Source of the DNA: Candidatus Micrarchaeota archaeon
Lineage (GTDB): Archaea > Micrarchaeota > Micrarchaeia > Anstonellales > Bilamarchaeaceae
DNA: 64,000 nucleotides
Direction of reading: 5' to 3'
Assembly (NCBI GenBank): GCA_023129075.1
Contig: JAGMCT010000002.1
Location: forward strand, 3,077-67,076
The notes below the pieces were generated by a model. It made no database searches. It had not been told where the DNA came from and saw only the letters and a program-made list of their open reading frames with translations. The translations under genes and the position numbers were made by a program. Positions 1 through 8,058 of this stretch are shown here, piece by piece. Numbering within the stretch: position 1 is the first letter of the stretch; every line of letters starts with the position of its first letter.

Positions 1-86
1 TGTATCTTATTTTGTTGATAAAAAAACAGGCAAAGAATATGAGATACTTTCTAATAAAAGAATACCCCATTTTTAGAAGTATTTGC

Positions 87-407
87 TTAAAGATTTCTCC
101 GTTCTTCCATTTTTTGTTTTATAGAATCATACTCTTTTTCATTGTAGCAGTATAAACACACCACTACAATACAACAGATTATTACAGAAACCATTAGAAT
201 TGAGAGCAGCCACTTTGTATCCTCACTTCCAACAAAAAGATAGGTACTACCGAGGAAAATACTGAGGGCAAAAGTCAAAGCAAGTTGGTATAATGAGAAG
301 GCCGCGGCTTTTTGGTATTCAAATATTCCCTCTTGGATTTCAATATCCAACATCTCCTTCTGTTTCGTAAGGTCCTTTTTCTTAGGTTTTTTACCCCTAG
401 CCATCAA
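87..407 (-). CDS. small membrane protein, hypothetical
   Basis: 106-aa ORF. It has a basic N-terminus and then two hydrophobic helices (LYQLALTFALSIFLG; LLSILMVSVIICCIVVVCLY). Its start overlaps the stop of the downstream wHTH gene by 4 nt (ATGA). Confidence 0.35.
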   Translation of the reverse strand: MMARGKKPKKKDLTKQKEMLDIEIQEGIFEYQKAAAFSLYQLALTFALSIFLGSTYLFVGSEDTKWLLSILMVSVIICCIVVVCLYCYNEKEYDSIKQKMEERRNL

Positions 408-631
408 TCTTCACCTAAGAAATCCTTCTTATACTTCACCATAAGCCAAAACTGGTTCTGTCTGCCTACTTTCTTGTATTTTATCTTGCCTTCCGTCACT
501 AGCTTCAGGAGATTCGTTTGAGCAGTGTTCCAGGTTACCCCGACTGCAGAAGCGACATCCTCTGTAGTTGTAGGCCAATCCTGTTTTGCAAGGAATTTCA
601 TTATCTTTTTTGGGATATTCTTCTTCGTCAT
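404..631 (-). CDS. winged-helix DNA-binding protein (putative transcriptional regulator)
   Basis: 75-aa ORF. The stretch 'TTEDVASAVGVTWNTAQTNLLKLVTEGKI' has the pattern of an HTH recognition helix followed by a wing. It is translationally coupled to the 87..407 gene. Confidence 0.45.
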   Translation of the reverse strand: MTKKNIPKKIMKFLAKQDWPTTTEDVASAVGVTWNTAQTNLLKLVTEGKIKYKKVGRQNQFWLMVKYKKDFLGED

Positions 632-731
632 TCTATCATACCTTTTTATGAAGTATTCTTATGATATACCATAGGATTAAGCATAGGGAATACTTATAAA
701 GATTTATGCTTCTCTTTATTCATGTGGGAGT

Positions 732-1340
732 ATGAATAAACTATTAATTATTCCGTTGCTTTTCGGATTGATCGTTTCTGGATGTTGTGGACTCGCTGCT
801 CTCGAGCCGCAAATGCTTCCTACAGACTTCTGCTATATTTTAGAAACCCCAGAAATACAAAATATTTGTCTCGAGAACGCTCCATATATTGAAGATGATC
901 AAAGAATTCGGGATTACTTTATCTATTCGGATACTTTTCAATCGGATACTGACGACTTTGTTGCTTTAAGGGACGAACAAGATCTCATCATTGCTGAATA
1001 TAATCAAGCACCTACTTCTTCTGAGAGGAAAGCATCTTATAACAGATATTACTTATTGGCAGTCCTCCTGGTAACTAACATAGAAACTACAAATACACAT
1101 TTATATAATTTCGAAAGTTTCCTCCAAACCAATAAACCATATTTTGATTCCATGGGGTTCAATACATTGTCTACACTTAATGAGTTCATTACATTGAGAG
1201 GGACATTTAATACTATCATAGCTACGGTTCAATTAAATTTGGAAACCATGGGAGAGCAGGTTGCTCTTGATGAGCAGGAAGAGCAACAATTGAATAATTT
1301 ACTAAATACTCTAATCCAATTGGGAATTACACTAATTTAG
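732..1340 (+). CDS. secreted protein or lipoprotein, hypothetical
   Basis: N-terminal signal peptide MNKLLIIPLLFGLIVSGCCG with lipobox-like Cys residues. No recognisable catalytic motif. Confidence 0.5.
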   Translation: MNKLLIIPLLFGLIVSGCCGLAALEPQMLPTDFCYILETPEIQNICLENAPYIEDDQRIRDYFIYSDTFQSDTDDFVALRDEQDLIIAEYNQAPTSSERKASYNRYYLLAVLLVTNIETTNTHLYNFESFLQTNKPYFDSMGFNTLSTLNEFITLRGTFNTIIATVQLNLETMGEQVALDEQEEQQLNNLLNTLIQLGITLI

Positions 1341-2621
1341 GTGAAAAAAATGAGAAAATACTTTGTTATATTCGGGATGTTGATATTGGGATTGTTCTTG
1401 TTTTCTGGATGTATTACTGAGGGTGATGAGGCTCCACCTGTAGAAGAAGTTGCGGTTCCTGAAACTGATGATGCTTTGGCTGGTGCTCAAGAATCCGAAC
1501 AAACAGTGAGGGGCCTTACTGGAGACAAGTGTGGCTCTTATATTACTTTCAATGGGTTTAATGATTATGAATACTCTCAATTGTCTGATTGTTATAACCG
1601 TAAGTATCTAACTCCTGCTGTAAAAAAGAAGGACTCCACAATTTGTGATGAGATATACAACCCGTACACATATGGTCACTGTTATGGCTTGGTTGCTTTC
1701 CAATTAGATGACCCAACCATCTGTGATGGAATTGTGAATATCCTTTTTGAAAGGAGGAGTGGACCTGATGATGCTACAACGATAGAAGCATGTAAAATTG
1801 TGTATCTGGAGCAATACATCTTAGATAAAAGGATGCTTCCTTCTTTTGGTTGTGAAGTATTCTCAACTGGGGATTATATTGATATTTGTAATGATTATAT
1901 AGAAAAAATTAAACCAGCTACGGGAATCGGCTCCCTTTATGCTATGAATGAAGGCCCTGTGATAGAGTCATACATAATACTGGAAGATTCTGAGGGGGAT
2001 ACACAAGTAGAAGATGGCACACTCACTGTAACCATTTTGGCAGAAACCACACAGAGAGAAGTTTATTCAAATGAGTTTGATGTAAAAAAAGAGGATTTTA
2101 CCTCTGTGGCCTTGGGGTTTTTTGAAGATCAAGAAATAGTATACCTCATCCCAGACATAGATCTGTCTGGTGCTGAGTTCACAGAAGACGAGTGCATGTT
2201 TGATTGCGACTTGATTTTCAATGTAAATTTTGAAACAACTGATGGAAGAACATTTGAAGCCACTGAAGATATTTGGATGAATGAAGAGGTTGTTTTGGTG
2301 AGAGATGATTCCGAATGTTTAACTATTAGTAATTTGAGGGATGATTTAGTTGACGAGAGTACCCAATATTCTACATATAAATACTTTGTAATAAGTGGTA
2401 CAGTAACTAATAATTGCGGTTCCTTAAAGGATTTTATCGAGGTTAAATATACTTTATACAACGCCAATGACGTAAAGATGCATAGTGGTTTTGAGTATCT
2501 CTACCCATCTAATCTCCCTGATGGATATTCAAGAGATTTTGAAGTAAACTTAGAGTATGAAGGACATTTTGTAGAGATTACAGAACTCCCAGACCACTAT
2601 GTCGTTATAGCAGATACATAA
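1341..2621 (+). CDS. lipoprotein, hypothetical, acidic and Cys-containing
   Basis: Signal peptide plus lipobox (LFLFSGC). 426 aa, acidic, with many Cys. The start abuts the stop of the preceding gene, so the two are probably an operon. Confidence 0.5.
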   Translation: MKKMRKYFVIFGMLILGLFLFSGCITEGDEAPPVEEVAVPETDDALAGAQESEQTVRGLTGDKCGSYITFNGFNDYEYSQLSDCYNRKYLTPAVKKKDSTICDEIYNPYTYGHCYGLVAFQLDDPTICDGIVNILFERRSGPDDATTIEACKIVYLEQYILDKRMLPSFGCEVFSTGDYIDICNDYIEKIKPATGIGSLYAMNEGPVIESYIILEDSEGDTQVEDGTLTVTILAETTQREVYSNEFDVKKEDFTSVALGFFEDQEIVYLIPDIDLSGAEFTEDECMFDCDLIFNVNFETTDGRTFEATEDIWMNEEVVLVRDDSECLTISNLRDDLVDESTQYSTYKYFVISGTVTNNCGSLKDFIEVKYTLYNANDVKMHSGFEYLYPSNLPDGYSRDFEVNLEYEGHFVEITELPDHYVVIADT

Positions 2622-2791
2622 TTGGCTTCGTTTAGCAAAAATAGAGGTTAAGAACTACTTCTTACCTCCCCTCATTTGCATCAGTCTGTCTAGAGCAGCA
2701 TAGAATTGCCTCTCTAAGTTAGTATATACCTCCCTTTTTTTCTCTTTTCGTGTTGCCTTAATTGTTATGCCGTGTAGCATTTGTTTTTCTA

Positions 2792-3250
2792 TTAAATTAT
2801 TTTTTTCGTATCTTTTTTCTCTTCAAATTCTTTTTGTAAGGATTTCAATTTCCAGATTAACCCATTATTTTGCGTTATTTCAATCTTTTGTGATTCGGAA
2901 GGCAATATACCCAGTTTGGTGTAAAGTTCTATCTGTATCTTAATTAAAGCTAATAGAACGTATATGGCTGCTCTTGTTGTCTTCGGGTCTTCGCTATAGA
3001 GGTCCCTCACTGTGGCTCCTCTTGCCCTATCCAGTGCGATTATATACGTTGAAATAAATAGTTGCTCTAATTCATTTCTCTTTTCTTTGGATAATAACCC
3101 TTCTTCCTTTAGGAACTTTTTCCGCCATCTTCTTATTGTCCTTGTGCTAACGTTGAAGATTTTCGCCATTTCCTGCGTGGTCCTTCCTTCTGCTATGTTC
3201 CTATATATCTCTTCTTTCTTCAATTCATAAGAGGGGGAGTTACCGGTCAT
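2792..3250 (-). CDS. HTH-domain protein (resolvase / terminase-small-subunit-like HTH) of the integrated element
   Basis: 'TTQEMAKIFNVSTRTIRRWRKKF' is a classic HTH. The ORF track extends the frame to 3370. The start at MTGNSPSY (3250) is preferred because the longer form would overlap the upstream rep gene by 130 nt. Confidence 0.5.
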   Translation of the reverse strand: MTGNSPSYELKKEEIYRNIAEGRTTQEMAKIFNVSTRTIRRWRKKFLKEEGLLSKEKRNELEQLFISTYIIALDRARGATVRDLYSEDPKTTRAAIYVLLALIKIQIELYTKLGILPSESQKIEITQNNGLIWKLKSLQKEFEEKKDTKKII

Positions 3251-4847
3251 CTTGGACACCTCCTTTGTCAATTTTCCGTTCATTTGCTTCATTTGCTTCA
3301 ATTGCCCCCTGAGTTTCAGACGTAGATTGGGTAGTAAAAGCATTTGAACTGCAGTGTTCATTTGCTTCATTTAGTTCAGTAGCTGCTTGAGCATTTGAAG
3401 TAATTGAACTGGGGTGTTCATTTGCTCCTTCAGGTTCCTTTACGTCTGAGATTTCCTGAGAATTTAGAGCATTTGAAGCAATTGAACTATTTGAACGGTA
3501 TTTGGATATAACACCCCAAGTGGGAATATTCACCCTTCCAAACCCCTCATAACAGTAAACCATGACGGGTTTAGTCGAATTCTCCCTCTTTTCCACATCT
3601 TTTTTGAGAAAACCGTGGTTGGTGAGCTTATCCAGGTTTACCCTCATCCATCTATCAGACATAAATGTAATGTGAGGTTCCAGGTCACTTACTGAATACC
3701 TCTCCTGTTCCAACTTCCCTTTCCCTAATTCCTCAAATATACTCAATATCTTTCTCTGGTCTTTGGTAAGAGGAATCATCTGCGGGTTAGAGGTAACCTT
3801 GAGGAGGGCCAGTCGTGCTATATTGTAGTCTTGCTCTTCTGCTAAATAATATCCATTGTCATCACGTTTCCTCTGCTTCTGATGCAATGCTGTGGATGCT
3901 CTGATATAGTCCAGGAATCGAGAGAAATGAGTTCTTATTATAATCTGTTCATCGGGGAACATTTCCGTTAGTTTATCAGCGTATGGCACCTTTACCTTTA
4001 CCCTCTCAAGAAGACCAAGAGCTTTCCTTATATCCTCACCGTACTGTTCTGTTTTTCCCTCCTGTGCGAGCTTAGCGGCCCTTTCCTTGATAGCTTTGGT
4101 TTGTTCTGTACTCTCATCAAGATTTAATATGGTGAAGCGCCTTAAGTTCTCCCTGCTTGGGCTTGCTGACGAGCTAGTTATGAATATCACTGGGTTCCCT
4201 TGGATTTTTATGTCAACTGCTTTCTGCCTCACCAGAACGGTAGCATGGGAGCCTCCAGAGGCCATAACCTTAAACACGTCTGAATTGAGGACTTCGTTGG
4301 AAATATCCTCACAATAGAAAACCTTCCCGTCCCAAGTCCATTCAGGTTCATATTCGGAATTATGCCAGTATGTGAACACGTTCGGCGTTATTCTCGTTCT
4401 CTTTTCATAGTCGCCTTCTGGTAGAATCTCAAGAACAGAAGAGGTAACCCAATCTTTCCCTGCTCCGCTTTCCGAGTTTATCATTAAGTTATAAGAGGTT
4501 TTGGTGTTGTTTTCTACCCATTTCCCACAAGCACACAAGAAGATTGTCTTCCTGGTTTCCAACTCCCCTACTATCTTCTTATTGAACTCCTTTTCTGTAA
4601 TTAAATTGAATAAACCAGGGTCTTTGAGTATTTCCTCAATCTCCGTAAATTTTTCTTTTCCATCTTCATCCCTCAATAGGTGTCCGTATTCCCTTGAGAG
4701 TATTACTCCTGCTTCCTCATAGAAACCCTGATAATAATTGTGTTTTTGCTTTGCTTCTTTTTCTATTTTTTTCACTCGTTGGGTCACCTCTTGCTTAACT
4801 TTAGGGTATCTTTTGAATATTAGCTCGATGTCTTCTTTATTCATCAA
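3240..4847 (-). CDS. putative replication protein (P-loop NTPase, SF3-helicase-like) of the integrated element
   Basis: 535 aa. Atypical Walker A-like 'NSESGAGKD', a Walker B-like 'VFYCEDI', and a motif-C-like 'VIFITSS'. The C-terminus is low-complexity with repeats (NEANEH, SNA). Its position between the RHH and HTH genes and the integrase fits a Rep protein. Confidence 0.4.
   Translation of the reverse strand: MMNKEDIELIFKRYPKVKQEVTQRVKKIEKEAKQKHNYYQGFYEEAGVILSREYGHLLRDEDGKEKFTEIEEILKDPGLFNLITEKEFNKKIVGELETRKTIFLCACGKWVENNTKTSYNLMINSESGAGKDWVTSSVLEILPEGDYEKRTRITPNVFTYWHNSEYEPEWTWDGKVFYCEDISNEVLNSDVFKVMASGGSHATVLVRQKAVDIKIQGNPVIFITSSSASPSRENLRRFTILNLDESTEQTKAIKERAAKLAQEGKTEQYGEDIRKALGLLERVKVKVPYADKLTEMFPDEQIIIRTHFSRFLDYIRASTALHQKQRKRDDNGYYLAEEQDYNIARLALLKVTSNPQMIPLTKDQRKILSIFEELGKGKLEQERYSVSDLEPHITFMSDRWMRVNLDKLTNHGFLKKDVEKRENSTKPVMVYCYEGFGRVNIPTWGVISKYRSNSSIASNALNSQEISDVKEPEGANEHPSSITSNAQAATELNEANEHCSSNAFTTQSTSETQGAIEANEANERKIDKGGVQDDR
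3277..3490. repeat. iteron-like imperfect direct and inverted repeats (GTTCATTTGCTYC / GCATTTGAAsYAATTGAAC)
   Basis: GTTCATTTGCTTCATTT occurs at about 3277-3297 and 3355-3372. GTTCATTTGCTCC occurs at about 3416-3428. GCATTTGAAGTAATTGAAC is at 3391-3409, GCATTTGAAGCAATTGAAC at 3468-3486, and GCATTTGAACTGCAG at about 3340. They sit at the 3' end of rep and the start of the HTH gene. Confidence 0.5.
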
Positions 4848-5128
4848 TATCCCTCTTCATCAACACGACGATAACCAGTTTCTATGAGAACTCCTTTCGG
4901 GTTTAGGTCCATTGGATATTTCAATTCCCGAAGGAGATATATGATGGCACGGGTCTGTTTCCGCTTGAAACGGAATCCCCGACCGAAGGATTTGTAAACT
5001 TCAGCCCATGGAACCCTTTCCGTTGGCCAGCCTTCTACAAGAATTTCAATCCTTTTCCAAAAGATTTCCGAAAAGAAACCTTGTCCAATGTCCCTCACAT
5101 CTATTAATTCAACTTGCTTCATGTTCAA
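4844..5128 (-). CDS. hypothetical protein of the integrated element
   Basis: 94-aa ORF. Its stop overlaps the rep start (ATGA). No recognisable motif. Confidence 0.4.
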   Translation of the reverse strand: MNMKQVELIDVRDIGQGFFSEIFWKRIEILVEGWPTERVPWAEVYKSFGRGFRFKRKQTRAIIYLLRELKYPMDLNPKGVLIETGYRRVDEEGY

Positions 5129-5205
5129 TCACCATTGTTTTAGGGCTGTTATCAGCAGCCTTTTCTTTTTTTCCAACTAAATCATCGAGGAGGGAAATCC
5201 AATCC

Positions 5206-5349
5206 TTAAGCTTCTGCATTTTTCTCATCCTCCTTCAAGAACTGTCGTAGGGCAATTCTCACAGTTCCACTTATCGTCCGTCCTGTGTTGTTTGCATATT
5301 CTTTGAGTTTTCTAAACTCCCCTTCTGGTATGCTCAAATTACATTTCAT
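5206..5349 (-). CDS. ribbon-helix-helix (CopG/Arc-like) protein, 47 aa, missed by the ORF track
   Basis: Hand translation of the minus strand gives MKCNLSIPEGEFRKLKEYANNTGRTISGTVRIALRQFLKEDEKNAEA*. The N-terminal beta-strand (NLSIPE) followed by two helices is the RHH signature. It lies directly upstream of the 94-aa ORF and rep, as CopG does in pRN-type plasmids. Confidence 0.5.
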   Translation of the reverse strand: MKCNLSIPEGEFRKLKEYANNTGRTISGTVRIALRQFLKEDEKNAEA

Positions 5350-5434
5350 TTTTCCATCTCCTTACCGCCATTTTGGGCTTTGGGTATACCTTTAAATACT
5401 TTTCTTTTATATTCCTTATTATGAATGCAAAATC

Positions 5435-6700
5435 TTGCAGTCAGTTTCAGAAGTGAAATCTATGGAGAATTTACTAAATGCGATTCGGCTTTACAAAAGA
5501 AATATCCAAAATCCAAAGGACATGTTATTCATTCTGTTCGTGGCTCAAATCGGTAAACATTTGACAGAAGAGGGGGAAGAAGAAGGACTAAGGAAAAAAG
5601 ACATCATTGAATTTTTTAAGTATTGGAAGGAAATAAAATCAGATAGGCCAAGGGCAATTAAGGCCTTCAAAAACTATAATTATTCAATAGTTCCGAACAA
5701 GATTCACATATCCGAGCGCTCCATACATAATTACATAGAAAAAATGGTGGAAGAAGGGGTCCTATCTCCACCTAGAAAAAAACGTTACAAGAGGCGCAAA
5801 CAAACATTTTATTATTTCGGTTACCTGACAAGGCATCAAATTAAGGTTCGGCTCCTTGGACTCATTTATGGAGAACCTGCTAATAGAATAGGTGCCCAAC
5901 TTAGGGAATTAGAAAATATTATTCGGAATTTTTCACTTGAACTACAAGACAAATACCGTAAAACAGACAAAAAACTTGATTCTCTTCTCTCTGAGCGAGA
6001 AACCATGAAATCAAAAGTTAGTGAAATAAGACAGGCACAAGCTCAAATAAGGGATGAAGAATCAAAATTGGAAGATGTGCCTCGCCCTCCCATATCCAAA
6101 CAGAGGGAAAAAATAGATTCAGATTGGAAAACGTGGTCTAAACAGATGCGTCAATTGAATATTGCAATCCGTGAAAGGCGGGATAAATGTATGAACAAGA
6201 GTGAAAAAAAGAAGAGAGAGTCTTTGTGGAGAAAAATCCAGGAATCTCAAAAAGAATACGATAAGATTACAGCTAGATATGATGCTCTCAAAGAACCTCT
6301 CTCAGAGGCTGAACGCAAATTAGATGTAGAGCGGAATTGGAAAAAAGAAAAACAAGGCATAATTTCCATGATTGAGGCAAATTCTTGGTCAACTACTTCT
6401 CGGCAGTATTATGGAACTTTGATTTTTGGAATTAAAAAACCTTATTCCGAGTTAATAGATCATCATTTAGACTGGATTCATTATCATACTGAATGTGTAG
6501 CTGATTTAATCCATAAAAATGGCGGAGATAGTATGAATTTTCTAATCGTTGCTCGCCCATCCGTAATAATCAGGGATGATAAAACTGAGGAGCCTTTCGG
6601 AGAGTATTTCAGAGACTATTCTAAAATTCCACGCTCAGCCGACTGGGAAAAACCACCATTACCAGAGGTGATTCTGAAGAGACTCAAACCATCACCCTGA
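5435..6700 (+). CDS. coiled-coil protein with an N-terminal wHTH-like region (element-borne, hypothetical)
   Basis: 421 aa. The N-terminal region 'ISERSIHNYIEKMVEEGVL' is followed by a long charged coiled-coil stretch rich in K, R and E. Its stop overlaps the integrase stop; the two genes are convergent. Confidence 0.4.
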   Translation: MQSVSEVKSMENLLNAIRLYKRNIQNPKDMLFILFVAQIGKHLTEEGEEEGLRKKDIIEFFKYWKEIKSDRPRAIKAFKNYNYSIVPNKIHISERSIHNYIEKMVEEGVLSPPRKKRYKRRKQTFYYFGYLTRHQIKVRLLGLIYGEPANRIGAQLRELENIIRNFSLELQDKYRKTDKKLDSLLSERETMKSKVSEIRQAQAQIRDEESKLEDVPRPPISKQREKIDSDWKTWSKQMRQLNIAIRERRDKCMNKSEKKKRESLWRKIQESQKEYDKITARYDALKEPLSEAERKLDVERNWKKEKQGIISMIEANSWSTTSRQYYGTLIFGIKKPYSELIDHHLDWIHYHTECVADLIHKNGGDSMNFLIVARPSVIIRDDKTEEPFGEYFRDYSKIPRSADWEKPPLPEVILKRLKPSP

Positions 6701-7885
6701 GTCCATCCTCTTCGCCAAGAATTCCTTAACTTCCTTATCTTTCAATAGTTCCATCAAAGGTTCTATCTTCTTTTCAAACTCTGCTCTTTGATCCTCAAGC
6801 TCCACCGCAGCCCTCATGTTCAAAGGCATACCACAGCCCTCACAGAACCGAGCAGTTACACTATGCAGTTTAAAGCACCTGGGACATTTGATTTTTCCAT
6901 TCTCATCATCCTTCTTCTTTATTCCATATGCCTTTAGTAGAGCATCATCCACATCCTTTCCAGCAAGATGGATATATGTCCCTGCCATCTTTGTGGACTG
7001 CGTCCAACCCAAGTATCCAGCCATCTGTGCCCCGGAAAGACCCATCTTTGCGAGTTCAGTAGCACGGGCATGCCTGAACCCATGTAAGTTAACCCTCTTC
7101 TTTATCCCTGCTTTTTTAGCTATTTTCTGTATCTGCCTGCGTATAGCTGGGTAGTTCATGTTAGCCTTTCCCTTATTTTTACCTGTTAGGGTAATCCAAA
7201 CAAAGGCATTTGGGTCATCTTTGTGGGGATGATTCTCAAGCCAGTAAGAGAGATGGTGAACAGACTGAATGAGACGCACCTTCCTCATCCCTGTTTTTCC
7301 GTCTACGGTTATGGTGGCTCCATATTCGTCAAATCCTACATTTTTGATGCAAAGAGAGGCTATTTCGGTAATTCTGCATCCAGATTCAGTAAGGGTAGAG
7401 ATAAAAGCCTTGTCTCTTGGGTTCTCTGATGCATCAAGCATCTTGTTTATGTCCTCATGGTCAAGGAGCTCCTCTGGAAGCATCCCCTTCTTCCTACTAT
7501 TGTTCATGCGTATCCAGGCTATCTTTTCTGGATACTCCGTCCCGTTGCCTTCCAGCCATTTGTAGAATTTCTTGAGAGTTACTCTATAGATGTTTTTGGT
7601 CTCTGAGCTCCAGTTCTCGTTCCTTTCAACCCATGCAACCAGAGCCTCCAAATCGGCCCTGGAGGCCTCCTTGAACGGTTTCTTCAGTCTCTTGGCTATA
7701 GGGAATAACCTATCCAGATAGAAGTTCATACGCTGAATACTGAGCCCTGTGGCACTACAATAATCAAGGAATCCTAAAATCTCTTTCTTGGTTTCCTCTT
7801 CAAAATCAGGTTCTTCTTTTATACGTCTGTTATACCATTCCAACTTCTTTTTGTGCCCGTATATGTCTATTTTCCCCATGTCCAC
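6692..7885 (-). CDS. int: tyrosine recombinase / integrase with a C-terminal zinc ribbon
   Basis: Catalytic signature residues: R in 'SGCRITE', 'HGFRHARAT' (HxxR), and Y in 'MAGTYIHL'. An N-terminal SAM-like core-binding domain is present. A C-terminal CPRC...CEGC zinc ribbon is present. The gene is adjacent to tRNA-Asp. Confidence 0.85.
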   Translation of the reverse strand: MDMGKIDIYGHKKKLEWYNRRIKEEPDFEEETKKEILGFLDYCSATGLSIQRMNFYLDRLFPIAKRLKKPFKEASRADLEALVAWVERNENWSSETKNIYRVTLKKFYKWLEGNGTEYPEKIAWIRMNNSRKKGMLPEELLDHEDINKMLDASENPRDKAFISTLTESGCRITEIASLCIKNVGFDEYGATITVDGKTGMRKVRLIQSVHHLSYWLENHPHKDDPNAFVWITLTGKNKGKANMNYPAIRRQIQKIAKKAGIKKRVNLHGFRHARATELAKMGLSGAQMAGYLGWTQSTKMAGTYIHLAGKDVDDALLKAYGIKKKDDENGKIKCPRCFKLHSVTARFCEGCGMPLNMRAAVELEDQRAEFEKKIEPLMELLKDKEVKEFLAKRMDSG

Positions 7886-7943
7886 ACCTTTTGCAACCTC
7901 CTTTAAATAGATGTGTCATGGGCGTCTATCACTCTACGAAGTA

Positions 7944-8015
7944 CGCCCCGACCGGGAATTGAACCCGGGTCTTCGGCTCGACAGGCCGAGATGCTAACCA
8001 CTACACCATCGGAGC
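7944..8015 (-). tRNA. tRNA-Asp (anticodon GTC)
   Basis: The reverse complement folds as a 72-nt cloverleaf: GCTCCGA acceptor (one G-U), D-loop AGTGGTTAG, anticodon stem TCGGC/GCCGA with loop CTGTCGA, T-arm CCGGG-TTCAATT-CCCGG, and discriminator G. Confidence 0.85.
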
Positions 8016-8058
8016 ATGTAATCACAACTTATCTATATAACCATTTAAAATTCTTTTC

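Larger units (their letters stand above)
2700..8015. mobile_element. integrated plasmid- or provirus-like element next to tRNA-Asp (boundaries approximate)
   Basis: The tyrosine integrase gene ends 58 nt from the 3' end of tRNA-Asp. The block contains a P-loop replication protein, RHH and HTH regulators, a coiled-coil protein and iteron-like repeats. The genes at 2792-5349 all lie on the minus strand and are convergent with the host lipoprotein gene ending at 2621. No att direct repeat of the tRNA 3' end was found by eye. Confidence 0.55.

Noticed and set aside
312-521. 69-aa plus-strand ORF at the window start
   Set aside because: It is antisense to the overlapping 87..407 and 404..631 genes, which form a translationally coupled pair.
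2621-2800. Search for an attR copy of the tRNA-Asp 3' end at the presumed distal end of the integrated element
   Set aside because: No convincing match to 'ccgggaattgaaccc' or longer was found by eye at 2621-2800, 632-731 or 5130-5435. The element boundary is therefore left approximate rather than claimed.
7223-7565. Small plus-strand ORFs inside the integrase gene
   Set aside because: They are antisense to a tyrosine recombinase with all catalytic residues intact.
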